Source: Naegleria gruberi
Taxonomy: Eukaryota
Length of the DNA: 64,000 bases
Direction: 5' to 3' (one strand)
Assembly (NCBI GenBank): GCA_000004985.1
Contig: GG738924.1
The first letter of the stretch is position 1, and every line of letters starts with the position of its first letter. Position numbers and translations under genes: made by a program. Below the pieces are notes generated by a model. That model saw only the letters and a list, made by a program, of their open reading frames with translations. It did no database searches and was not told where the DNA came from. Below, in pieces: positions 45,278-56,700 of the stretch.

Positions 45278-47164
45278 TTAATCTTGTAAGATTTTGTTGG
45301 CCTTTCTCCAATTTTCAACAATGATCCTCACTGATTTGTTACTAGATTTCAATCTTTCGAATAGATCGGTCATGTTATTGAGACATGCAACTCGAACAAT
45401 GTCAAATAATGTACTGGCTATGAGTGAATCATCATTCACACTCAGAATTTCATGTTCAATTCTCAGATAAATTTGGTCAATGTTGGCAATATTCAATTCT
45501 AATGGAGATCCTTCTTTCAGGTAGGTTTTCAATATTTTCATTGCCACCAGTTTCTTATTCTTTCGTTTGGGGGATTTTCTGAAATTTTCAATATCTCTAT
45601 ATGCTAAAACATCTTCATTACAATAACTCCTTGTCGCAAAATCCAATAACAATGCAAATGTCTTCCTATTTTTCAAAAATAATTCAAGTTCTGATTGAGC
45701 ATACTCAGCTTGATGATTATCATTACGAATGGCATAAATGACAGGAAGAATGACTGAAATAATTATTTCCAATAATGAATAGGTCAGTAGAGTAAATCCA
45801 AATGGAACGAAATAATCTGTCAAGAATCTGATAATCTCAATTTGTCCACTAATTATATAAGCAAGTGATAAAGCCACTTGAATAAATACCAAAACAAAAG
45901 CTTCAGTCTTAATTGACCAAGTATCTCTATCAACAAAGAAGAGAATGATCAAAAAGCTCACTTCTATCACAATGTAGAGTGCTGCTTCTGCTCCCAGCAA
46001 TATAACAGTATTTGAGGTTGTAACACATCCACTATTAAATGCAAATGGACTCACATTCCACAAGAATATTCTCTTTCCACTATTACTATACGAAAGTTCA
46101 TCAATTCCTCCCAATAAAGCCCAAATAGATAAGTGAATAATGAATGAAATTGTATAAGTGATTGCAATAAACTTGTAGCTCACCAAATATGAAAATATTT
46201 TGAACTTTTTGTCAGAGAAAATTGCAGAAGTGTTGTCAATGTCAGAAGAAGTGACCCACGTTTTTTGATCTTGTTCATCATGGACATCTTCTCCAGTTTC
46301 TGGAGTAACCCGTGTTGTTGTAATCTGTTCTGAAGTTTGTGATGCATCGTTTGGATTTTCTTGTGATATATTTGAAATGGTACTCGAGTTATCAAATGTT
46401 TTTGGTGTCAATAATTCTGGTTGACTTGTCTCTGATAATTCCGTAGAAGATCCATGTTGTATAGATGCTAATGGAAGAATGGTAATACCTTTCAATTTGT
46501 CATCCTCTTGAACTTGTTGATCCACATTTTGTTCCTTTTTCACATTGGTCAATTGTTGTGGTTTTTCACTTTTCGTCTGAAACATTTGTGCCTTCTTCTT
46601 ATTGAGTAAATACATGAAATAAATCCTCAAACATCGAAATACAGTTGGCAGACACAAACTAGGAATAATGATGAAAAACGAAAAAGTGTACAAGAAACAT
46701 GGAAATATTTTCCTCGAAATTGTAAATCGTAGACATGTAATGACCACAAAAGCCAAACTAGCTGATATTGTCAGTAGCATGTAAACTGGATTCCTAGCTT
46801 TGATGTGTCCACTCTTTCTCTTCCAAATAACTCCAACAGTTCCAAAAAGTGCCAACGTCAAATAGAGTGTCAAGAAGATGGATGCGATGATTGGTGTAAA
46901 GATGCTGTCTGGGCAAATATTATTTACCACTGTTGCATTGTATCCTTCACGACTCAAGTCTCCTAGATTGAACAATCTTTCGTCACATATTGAATAATTT
47001 GTTGTTGAGGTATTGTTGTTGGAAAGTTGTTGTTGTTGAATAGAATAAATTGTTGTTGCTATTGGATAACGATAATGAAAAGATTCTTGAATAAATGATG
47101 AAAGAAGGGTAAATATTCGAAATTGGGTTTCATTATTTTGACCTGCATGATGCAGCTGGTACAT
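45278..47164 (-). CDS. Seven-transmembrane receptor with a C-terminal RGS domain (7TM-RGS, AtRGS1-like architecture), copy A
   Basis: Seven hydrophobic helices with a long S/T-rich loop between TM3 and TM4. C-terminal RGS box KTFALLLDFATRSYCNEDVLAYRDIENFRK...LFDIVRVACLNNMTDLFERL. ATG start. Confidence 0.7.
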   Translation of the reverse strand: MYQLHHAGQNNETQFRIFTLLSSFIQESFHYRYPIATTIYSIQQQQLSNNNTSTTNYSICDERLFNLGDLSREGYNATVVNNICPDSIFTPIIASIFLTLYLTLALFGTVGVIWKRKSGHIKARNPVYMLLTISASLAFVVITCLRFTISRKIFPCFLYTFSFFIIIPSLCLPTVFRCLRIYFMYLLNKKKAQMFQTKSEKPQQLTNVKKEQNVDQQVQEDDKLKGITILPLASIQHGSSTELSETSQPELLTPKTFDNSSTISNISQENPNDASQTSEQITTTRVTPETGEDVHDEQDQKTWVTSSDIDNTSAIFSDKKFKIFSYLVSYKFIAITYTISFIIHLSIWALLGGIDELSYSNSGKRIFLWNVSPFAFNSGCVTTSNTVILLGAEAALYIVIEVSFLIILFFVDRDTWSIKTEAFVLVFIQVALSLAYIISGQIEIIRFLTDYFVPFGFTLLTYSLLEIIISVILPVIYAIRNDNHQAEYAQSELELFLKNRKTFALLLDFATRSYCNEDVLAYRDIENFRKSPKRKNKKLVAMKILKTYLKEGSPLELNIANIDQIYLRIEHEILSVNDDSLIASTLFDIVRVACLNNMTDLFERLKSSNKSVRIIVENWRKANKILQD

Positions 47165-47232
47165 TGTTGTCTTTTGGACGCAATTTTTTTGTTGTTGCTT
47201 GTCTCACACAATTAGGATATCCTACAGATCAC

Positions 47233-49164
47233 CTACAGGTTTAAACTGTTTCTACGAAAGTTAATAACCATTTCTTGTATGTTCTTGTCTGTGGCTTTCA
47301 ATCTTTCAAATACATCAACCATGTTATTTAGACAGAGAACTCTAATATCATCAAACAAGGTATTGGGAATCAGAGAAGGGTTTGTTGCTTTTTGGAGAAT
47401 TGATTCAATTTCTTCATACTTTTTGGAAAGGTTTGACATGTTGAGCTCGAGAGAAGATCCACTTTTAAGATAGGTTTTCAATATTTTCGTGGCAACCTTC
47501 TTCTTGTGCTTTTTGGAAATCTTTCTAAACTTTTCAATGTCTCTGAAGGCAAGAACATCTTCAGGGCAGTAGCATCTTCTGGAAAATTCTAAAAGTAAGG
47601 CAAATGTTTTTCTATTTTTGAGAACCGTCTCAATTTCAGTTTGGGAATATCCTCCATTCTCGGTATTTAATTGTTTTTGAAACTTTCTGTCATCAATAAT
47701 TGCATAAATTACAGGTAACAATACAGCAATAAATATTTCAAATACTGAATAGGTCAGTAGAGTAAATCCAAACGGAACGAAATAATCTGTCAAAAATCTA
47801 ATCACCTCAATTTGACCACTAACTAAGAATGCAATAGCTGTTATGATTTGAATCACAATTAATACAAAGGTATCTCTTTTGATATGAAAAGCATCTCTAT
47901 CAGCAAAGAATAATGGAATAAAGAATGCAATCTCGATAATAATGTAGATGGCTGCCTCTGCTGCCAACATAAAGACAGTGTTAGTGTTAGTAACACAGCC
48001 TGTAGTTGCTGCAAACATGCTGATATTCCACAAGAATACTCTTTTTCCTCCATTACTAACAACAAGTTCATCGGCTCCTCCAAATATTGCCCAAATAATA
48101 AGATGCAAAATGAAGGCAACAATATACGATGAAGCAATGAGTTTGTAACTCACCAAGAAGGAATAAACCTTAAATTTCCTATCATTATAAACTGATTCTG
48201 TATAGTCCACATCAGTTGAGGTAACCCATGAACGGGAATCATCTTCAGTGTCTGAATCTACCTCACTTTTTCGTTGTTCTGATGAAACATGACTTGATGT
48301 ATTGTTGTCAGTCAATGGGGTATCGGGAATGTGTGGAATAACAACACCATTATTATTGGTAGTAGTAGTAATTTCTGGAAAGGTGAATTTTTCCACACTA
48401 AAAGGTTCAACTACATCTTGATGTTCTGTTAAAGTGGTGGGAATTAATTCAAAATTGACCACTCTACTTGATGTGAGAGCTTCCCTAGACGTCGATGGAC
48501 TATTGTCTTGTTGGTGACTCTGTGAATCTCTTGCTGTTGTGATGTGAGATACCACCAATGAGAGGGAAGAATTATTGTTGAGTGCAGATGATGAAGCTGA
48601 ATGTTTTGATGATTCAAAAGTCATTGCTTTTCTTATATTCAACTTGTACATGAAAAAGATACGAATGAATCGGAATACTGCTGGAAGACACATTGCAGGC
48701 ACTGTGATAAAGTATGAAATAGTGTATAAAAAGCAGGGGAATATCTTTCTTCCTATAATAAATCGCAAACAAGTTGTTACGACAAAGTACAAAGTTGCCG
48801 AGATGGTCAAAATCATATGAAGTGGATTACGAGCCTTGATGTGTCCACTGTTTCTCTTCCACAACACTCCAATAATAGCCAAAGTAACCAAACACAAATA
48901 AACAAATAGAAAAACTGCTGAAACTATTGGAGTGAAGATACTATCTGGACAAATGTTATTGACCATCGTGGCATTATATCCTTCTCGGCTCAGTTCTCCC
49001 AATTTAAAGAGTCTCTCATCACAAATAGATGATGTTGAATTACTATTTGATGAGGTATTTGATGATGCAACCAATAAAGAAGAAATAATTGTTGGCACTT
49101 GACTGCTCACGCTACTGAAGAAATATTGCAATACTTGTTGTAGTGGAATGAGTTGTGCAACCAT
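47233..49164 (-). CDS. Seven-transmembrane receptor with a C-terminal RGS domain, copy B (tandem paralog, about 70-75% identical in the TM1-TM3 and RGS regions). First ATG is at 49164; the ORF-track start at 49227 is a TTG.
   Basis: Same 7TM + RGS layout (KTFALLLEFSRRCYCPEDVLAFRDIEKFRK...LFDDIRVLCLNNMVDVFERL). The copies are colinear, with conserved blocks ICDERLF.LG.LSREGYNAT.VNNICPDSIFTPI and GHIKARNP. Confidence 0.7.
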   Translation of the reverse strand: MVAQLIPLQQVLQYFFSSVSSQVPTIISSLLVASSNTSSNSNSTSSICDERLFKLGELSREGYNATMVNNICPDSIFTPIVSAVFLFVYLCLVTLAIIGVLWKRNSGHIKARNPLHMILTISATLYFVVTTCLRFIIGRKIFPCFLYTISYFITVPAMCLPAVFRFIRIFFMYKLNIRKAMTFESSKHSASSSALNNNSSLSLVVSHITTARDSQSHQQDNSPSTSREALTSSRVVNFELIPTTLTEHQDVVEPFSVEKFTFPEITTTTNNNGVVIPHIPDTPLTDNNTSSHVSSEQRKSEVDSDTEDDSRSWVTSTDVDYTESVYNDRKFKVYSFLVSYKLIASSYIVAFILHLIIWAIFGGADELVVSNGGKRVFLWNISMFAATTGCVTNTNTVFMLAAEAAIYIIIEIAFFIPLFFADRDAFHIKRDTFVLIVIQIITAIAFLVSGQIEVIRFLTDYFVPFGFTLLTYSVFEIFIAVLLPVIYAIIDDRKFQKQLNTENGGYSQTEIETVLKNRKTFALLLEFSRRCYCPEDVLAFRDIEKFRKISKKHKKKVATKILKTYLKSGSSLELNMSNLSKKYEEIESILQKATNPSLIPNTLFDDIRVLCLNNMVDVFERLKATDKNIQEMVINFRRNSLNL

Positions 49165-49754
49165 TTTCTTTGTTGTGATCTTCAGCAACAGTGTTGACAA
49201 CTTTGATGGGAAAGGAAACTTTTCCAAGCCTCCGAAACAAAACGGGTTGATGTTATGCCTTACATATCATCTCGACTCGATTTTTTGGTTATGAAAATTT
49301 TTTGTGATGTGTTGATTGGTATTGTATAATCTTTTTTAGGACCAAAGCTGTAATAATAATTTTTAAAAAATATTTGAAAAAGATATTGTTAATAATAATA
49401 TCGGGTTGATGTTGTTAGTGTTTGAGTGGGTTAACAAGTTGAAACACCTGAAGGAATTTCAGATCAGCACGATGAGATTATTTAAATAGTAGTGGTTTTT
49501 AAATTTTTATTGTTGGACAAGTGTTCGTTGAGGAATGACCATACTCAATTCATCAATTACACGAATAACAATTTGAATATCGCCAAACAATCACTGTGTT
49601 TTACTCTTTACTTTGTGTGCTCAACAATAAAAAGAGTACTAGCCTTGAAAGCTTGTTTAGATTCTTACTGCCTTGATGTGTAACATGTCAGCCAATCTAA
49701 GGAAGTAAACGAAATATAAAAAAATATGAAACTCGTCATCACCGTTACATCAAC

Positions 49755-51296
49755 ATGAGTAATAATAGCACATCACAACAGAAGAAACGAAAATTCGAAA
49801 CCAACCGATATATGGTTGTTTTTGAGGAGTTGCTGAGAGCTCCAGAAGCAAGAGAAAATTTCAGAGGTTTTCTCAAACTGGTTCATTGTGAGGAACCTCT
49901 TCAATTGATCGATGCCATTGATTCATACAGAACCGAACATAAAAAGCTAATAGATAATATTGATGACAGTGCTTCCGATTTTGATTTTCAAGGTTTTAAA
50001 AAGATACTACTCCTTGTGAATCAACTTGAAAATATTGTAAATACCTTTGGATTGGAAGATTCTATTGAAAAGTTTTCACATTATTATATGGGTGCTTGGA
50101 CTCGTACACTGAATCTCTACCATCTTGTAACACTAAAATTGGAATCCATTTCCAACTCTAACAAAACTAACAACAAGCAAATATTTGAAATTTTAGAAAT
50201 TTTAAATCCTTCCAATATTTTGGAAGATGTAGAGACAAAGGCAATTCTTGATTTGAAATATGATGAATTTCCAAGGTATGCCAGGTCGAATACGCTTCAC
50301 TTGTTTCTTGTACGAAAGGGTGAAGAATATACGAGAAGAATTGCTATTAATATTGCTAACGATTTTTATGTAGATATTAGATTTAAACCTAAAGATTTTG
50401 AATCTCAATTAATGACTGATAAGGATGTTTATTTTGCTTATACATTGAGTGAAGATACACCTGATTGGAAAGAATTAACTTGTAGCGAGAAACCTAACTT
50501 TTTACAGACCTTTGTTTCAAAAACAGTTTATTCAATAGGACCAGACGAAATGAAAGGAATGAGATTATTTAAATTGGTAATGCATCTGCCCTATGCAGTT
50601 GAAGATGTTTGGGCTACGTATTGTGATATGAATACACGATTCAAACTTGATCACACTCTCATGAAAGATTTCAAATTGCTGAGATATATTCCACCACATC
50701 AGAAGAAATCAAGTGAGCAACGAGATTCCATTTCATTTTATGAGATATTTGATGAGAGAGATAATCGATACACTGTGGATAAACCACCACTTGCCATTCA
50801 GATTGGAGCTCTGGGTATTGAAATGCACATTCCACTATTGAAACACAGAGACTTGCCACATACAATGACTTCACTTTATGATCCCTCGGTGAATTGTTAC
50901 ATGAACATTGGTCACACGTGCAAGATTGAGGAATCACTCAGGCGTGCACCTACAGATAGAGTCAAGTCTGAAATTTTGTTCAATTACATGTTCTTTGGTA
51001 CTGGAGAAAAATCAACAAGATTTATTCACACAGTGTATACAGACCTACATGTTCCTTTGGATTCTGATTTTGTTTTGAGTAAGATTTGGAAGAATAGAAG
51101 CAAACAATTACAGGCCTCATTTGAAGAATTACTAGCAGAAAAAACCAAGGGAGGAACCATTTCCATTGACAAATCTATGGTGAATGATCATTTCAAATAT
51201 TTTACAGCTGTGGAAGACAATGCCAAATTGAATAGAAAGTGGTACAGAGATTATTTGAGAAAGAAAAATCAAATGCAAATTGAATATGGTGATTGA
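49755..51296 (+). CDS. RGS-domain protein with a C-terminal START-like region (third paralog of the RGS-START family)
   Basis: RGS N-terminal half MVVFEELLRAPEARENFRGFLKLVHCEEPLQLIDAIDSY and C-terminal half DEFPRYARSNTLHLFL, with an insert between them. The C-terminal region of about 300 aa has START-like landmarks (RDSISFYEI..., ...FIHTVYTDLHVPL...). ATG...TGA. Confidence 0.5.
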   Translation: MSNNSTSQQKKRKFETNRYMVVFEELLRAPEARENFRGFLKLVHCEEPLQLIDAIDSYRTEHKKLIDNIDDSASDFDFQGFKKILLLVNQLENIVNTFGLEDSIEKFSHYYMGAWTRTLNLYHLVTLKLESISNSNKTNNKQIFEILEILNPSNILEDVETKAILDLKYDEFPRYARSNTLHLFLVRKGEEYTRRIAINIANDFYVDIRFKPKDFESQLMTDKDVYFAYTLSEDTPDWKELTCSEKPNFLQTFVSKTVYSIGPDEMKGMRLFKLVMHLPYAVEDVWATYCDMNTRFKLDHTLMKDFKLLRYIPPHQKKSSEQRDSISFYEIFDERDNRYTVDKPPLAIQIGALGIEMHIPLLKHRDLPHTMTSLYDPSVNCYMNIGHTCKIEESLRRAPTDRVKSEILFNYMFFGTGEKSTRFIHTVYTDLHVPLDSDFVLSKIWKNRSKQLQASFEELLAEKTKGGTISIDKSMVNDHFKYFTAVEDNAKLNRKWYRDYLRKKNQMQIEYGD

Positions 51297-51569
51297 GGAA
51301 ATATTTTCAATAGTTAACTATTGCTTTTCCACAAACCAATTGTATAGCAAAAGAAAATCAATTTCTACCGGCATGTGTCTTCCATGTTGAATATGTTGGC
51401 TACGCTTCTGATGGATGTACCTATAATACCATAGAATGCTCATATGTTCTTGCCTCATAATGAAATAATAACTTTCGAACATTGATTAAAATTATAATAA
51501 GGATAAAGCTTTATTTTCTTTGGTCAGTTGTTTCCAAGTGAGATTTAATGTTAATTTTTATTTGGATGT

Positions 51570-52730
51570 TTACAAGCCCAATTGTTTTTTGTATTTGTAA
51601 AACTTTCCTACAATTCTGTTTCTCTCTTCTTCCAAACCGAAACTTAAATGGTTCGTATAATCATGCAGGCCCAAAATTTCCTCAATTGGAAAAGGAACAT
51701 CTCCAAGTATTCTATTACAAAACCAAGCAAAGTATGTACTCTGTTCCAATTCTCCAAATTTCAATTTGTTGAATCTTTCGTCAAAATCCAAAAAGAAAGG
51801 TGCATGAATATCAACATCTAACTTCAATGCATTGAACAGATTTTGGACTCCGTTGAGGACAACTTGATCCTCATCAAAAATTGGGAAAACTTTGTTATTA
51901 AAAGTTGCCCAAAGTCTCAAATTTGGAAATTTCACTTGAATTCTAAAGCCAACAATTTTTGGACAAGTTTTCAAAAAAACATTTACAATCCAATCCATGT
52001 TTGATTGAGTGACCATTTGTTTGGAGTTCTTGAAATGACATGTAGTTGTCTCCATTTGATTGTAAATGAAACATTCATTCTCGAAAGTTCGTTGAATTGG
52101 AACCGAACCTATTGTTGCTGGATGATCTCCAGTTATTATTTGAGGATTTAAACGCTTATGAGTTTCGTATGCAATGAATTTCTTGAAAAAGTATTCTCTC
52201 CAGTTGATAGTGAAAATTGTGGAGTCTGGCCAACCTTCAGCAATGATTCCTTCCCAAAATAGTTCACTTTCGTAAAGAGATTCTCTTAGGGTGGAATTGA
52301 GTTTGTAAATTCTATTAATGAAGTAATGTTCCATGCCACTAAAGGAGTAAATGATTGCCCAGCAATCTGCTGGAATCTTAGTAATGGAAAGTTTAGTTTC
52401 CATAAACGAAATTTTTGGTTCTTCTGTAAACTCTGACAAGTCAAAACAGTCTTCTGGACGATTTCCAATCATTAACAACTCTCCAACCTTACCAAAGTCT
52501 TCTACAGAACTATCTGATGAAGTATCAGAGTCATTATCTTGTGAATTCTCTTCCTTTTCGTCTAAACTTCCATTCGAAACCTTTCTCTTCTTTGTTTGAT
52601 TGAACACCAATTGATCAACCTCTTCGCTATACCAAAGATCTTCATCCTGATAAATTTCTTCACTAGCAATGTGTTCTTCTTCGAGATTTGCAAGCTTTCT
52701 TTTGTATTTGTTATTTTGATTGTTTGTCAT
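51570..52730 (-). CDS. Hypothetical protein with an F-box-like segment
   Basis: 386-aa ORF with an acidic N-terminus and the F-box-like stretch IPADCWAIIYSFSGMEHYFINRIYKLNSTLRE. The C-terminal two-thirds has no recognised domain. Confidence 0.4.
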   Translation of the reverse strand: MTNNQNNKYKRKLANLEEEHIASEEIYQDEDLWYSEEVDQLVFNQTKKRKVSNGSLDEKEENSQDNDSDTSSDSSVEDFGKVGELLMIGNRPEDCFDLSEFTEEPKISFMETKLSITKIPADCWAIIYSFSGMEHYFINRIYKLNSTLRESLYESELFWEGIIAEGWPDSTIFTINWREYFFKKFIAYETHKRLNPQIITGDHPATIGSVPIQRTFENECFIYNQMETTTCHFKNSKQMVTQSNMDWIVNVFLKTCPKIVGFRIQVKFPNLRLWATFNNKVFPIFDEDQVVLNGVQNLFNALKLDVDIHAPFFLDFDERFNKLKFGELEQSTYFAWFCNRILGDVPFPIEEILGLHDYTNHLSFGLEEERNRIVGKFYKYKKQLGL

Positions 52731-53717
52731 TTTTTTTATTGTTGGAATTTTGTTTGGTTGTTGGTTGGCTTTTTATTCGAAAGTAATAGCACTCGATTTG
52801 GTTAATTTAAAAAGGAATACAATGACAGAAAGAGAATGATTGAGATAAATTTGGAGAGTTTAAATAAAAACGAGCAAATTTCATGTGTTTGAGATGAAAA
52901 GAATTGCAAATTCCAGAAGAAAATTACAAAAACACCAACATGTAATTCTAAAAATAAATTTCCAAATATTATACTGCCTTGCATGATGTTCGAAACAAAA
53001 ACTGTTGTGTGAAGGAAAACTTTAGCGAAATCAGATATTCAAGAGTTACGAAATGACCTTGGGTCATGAATTGCCAGTTTTCTTTTTCATGAAGTTCAAG
53101 TTTTGATCGCTCCCGAATATTTTAGAGTGTTATTGGCTTGTCAACATTTTGAACTTTACCCCTAAAAAAACCGAAATTCACCCTCAAAGTTGGGTGCAAC
53201 TTTGAGAAAGTTTTGTTAATAATTCAGGGCTCGAAAAAAACAAAAAGTTAAGGGTATTTATATTTTACACAGTAATTGGTATCTAGTTTTTAGACCGTAA
53301 AAAAAGTAAATTTATTAAATTTGAACAAGTCTAAAATCAACTTGTCATTATTTGAAATCATGTAACAAAGCAACAGCTAAAGATTGGCCATCCACTCAAA
53401 TAATCAAAGCTCAACTTGTTAATTACAGAAACATCAATATGACAATGTCATTAATCATCCACTCAAATTATAAATTGAAAGATCCAATTACATCCACTAA
53501 TTTTACCATGGCCATGTTGTTTCCACTTATCCAAATTCAGTGTATTTCCAATCAGATTATTAATTGCAAATAATTGTAGTAACAAAGAGAGAAAATTAAT
53601 TCCAAAATCCATCCCAAACCAGTTTTTGGATATAGGTGAATAAAAAATCGACAAAAAGCCAAATTGAACCAAAAAGCCAAAATCTAAAGCCAAAAATAAG
53701 TCAAGAAATTTCCACTA

Positions 53718-56700
53718 CTGTGGTTACGCAATGAAGTGCAAGCAATTCTACAATGAAATGCAAGCAATTATTTTTTGAACTGCAACGAATAATTTAATGA
53801 ATTGAAAGTTTCTTGAACCACAATTCTTAAAATAGATCAAAGAGAAGTCACACTGTAAGATCAAGCTGTAGTTCTGCTTGTTTCGAATATTGATAATGAA
53901 TTTGTTTATTATATAAGATATTTTGTATTGTTATTAAGATGATTGATCACTCTTCATGTTCATTGAATTTTCTTTCCGAAAATTGAATCCTCCCATGACT
54001 CATTAAATAATTCATCTAATTCTTCGTCATAATCGCCAAGCTCAATTTTAGAGCTCTTCTTGGGTTCAGATTGAAAACCTTCTGATTCCGAAAGTGGGCT
54101 TTGTGGTTCAAATTCTACTACATGTAAATGTTTCAATCTAGCAACAAGTATAGCTCTGTAATTTGAAATAGAAAATGGTTTGGTCATAATATCGACGGCA
54201 TCAGATAGTGAAAATCCTGCTGAAAGAAAATCCATTAGTAATACACAATAATCACCACAATGATTTCCATCCACTTGAATTTTTTTTTGTAATGTTTTTC
54301 GAACAGTCTTTGGTTTTACAATAAATGATGGCAACATTTCAAATAATTCACTAGTCTCTGATTCTATCACTGAAAAATCCTTAGCGAAAGAATCAAAAAG
54401 AAACCAATCAGTGGATTGACAATCATAGATTAGTAAGTACCAGTGTAATGATCTTGCCACAGGAAAAATTATAAATCCTTTTGATGTAAATTTCATACTC
54501 TTTGGTAAGTTTGTTTCTATGAATTTTTTGGATTGGTTAGTAACTCTTTGAGAGAAATCAGACGGTATGTATTGTAAATATTGTGAGCTGATTTTGGAAA
54601 AACAAATTCCAAATATATCAAAAGTATTTCCAGGTAAGAATACAGTGTCATCTTTGATAGTCTCCAATGCCTCAGTAGATAAAGTGATTGAACAAGCAAT
54701 TGTTTCTGTTGAAAGAACGTACAATTGTAGATTGGCAGCATTTTGTTGGATGTTATGGTTAAATTCTGTTTTGTTTTGTATGTGAAGTATTATTTTAGAT
54801 ATTTGTTCTACCTGTTTTTGGTCAAAATTTTCTTTCATGGAATCACTATCAATCCAAGGATTGTTTACATCATCTAAGATGGGATCTTGATCTAATTTCT
54901 CATCTGTCTCTACCTTAACTGATGGTGTAGGTAGTTCTACATAGAATTGACCAATACACATAGGATTAAATTCTCTGATATATAAATCATACAAATCATT
55001 ATTCATTTTCAGTGAAGCTCTGACATACTTCAAGTATTCCTCTTCTGAATCATAATTCCAAATATCCATTAAACATTTTCTAAAACTATTTACAATCACA
55101 TCTGGATTCATGTTAGAAATAATCTGCTCAAATGCTGCATTTCTTGATTTTCTATCAGAATTAGAATTATTCTTTTTCCAATCAGCTAATTCTCTTTTTG
55201 CATATCTGAAACACATATTATCCAATGGTGATTGATGGTGCCCACCTACAGGAAGTAAAATGTTAATTCTATTATGTTGTTTCAAAATCTTTTGAACTGA
55301 TTTACACTTATGATGAGAGAGATTATCCCATAATAAAATGTCTCCTTCTTTTGAATTAGGAATATAAACTTTTTCAACCCATTGCTCAATATGTTCAATA
55401 TGAACACCAGCAATTTTTTCCTCAACAGTTACCTTATTACCATTAATAGTTGATTTCTTTCCTGGCACTGACTCAACAATAGACACTGGTAATACACCTC
55501 CTTCTGCCGTTACAGCAACTAAAAAAGTATCCTTAATATCATCAGCCAATTGTAAAACAACTGCATCATCGTCCTTGATTGGAGTATTTGTTCTTTCCGT
55601 CGCCTTAGTATTTGTTCCAGTTTCATCAAAAACCACAATTTTACTTCTATCAATGGATTTTAAATTTCTAAACATTATTGCTGCATAGAAGCAATAATAA
55701 TAGTAGGTTCTATATAATTGCTCATAAGCTGTTTCAATTCTTTCTCTCTTGGTAATTGTTGTTTTGATCTTCCTTTTATAAAGAAACTTCTTGGAAAATT
55801 TGGAAATATAATCTACTGAAGGTGTTTTCTTTAATCCTGCAACTTCCTTCATTATTTCTCCAAGTCTTATATTACTAACTTGTTTTTTCTCACTCCGTTC
55901 CTTACGAGTAATATCAATAACCTGTAAAATTTGGTCTTTCAATAATAATGGAGGTGGGTGACCACGTTCAACCTTTAATGTTAGTTCATTCCTCTTGCAT
56001 GCCGATAAATATCTGCTAAATTGTGAAGGTGAGATATTATTTTGTTTAGCAAATTCCTGTTGTGATCCACGGTCGGGTGTTGAATATTGTTCTTTATACT
56101 TCTCAACAAGTTTAATTTGTTCTTCTCTTGTTTTTTGAACATAACCAACTTTTCTTTTGTTTTTAAACCCTATCAATACTATTTTATCATCAGGATTTTC
56201 CTTTTTTTCTGTCTCCTCCAGGTTTACCAGTTTTGCTTTCTTTGCTTGACTTTCATTGTATGTTTCTTGATTCCGTTCAACAATTAATAGGGCTTTTTTT
56301 TTGATGTTGTCTTCGAATGACTCATCTCTTTCATCCGTCTCTTCCTCAACAGAAGAACAAATTCTAGTTACCAATTTTGCTACCAGAGCATCTTTTCTAA
56401 GATTACCTCCTGTCTCTCCAAATTCACTCTTCAAAAACTCCTTCAAAAACTTGACATTTTTCATTGTCAATTGATCATGGATTGCCTCTTCCACATTCTC
56501 AAACTTTCGTTTTGTTCCTTTTTTTAGCTTCTTTGGTTTTTCTTCTTTTTTCTTGCCTGGTGTTTTTTCATCTTTCTTTTTAATGGGTGTGTTATCTGGT
56601 TGATCTTGTGTACAGGTCCATGAAGGAACTTGAGATACTGAAGGTAGCAAATCTATTAAATTGCTATAGCTGGAGAAGCTTTGTGGTGAAGTGTCATAGC

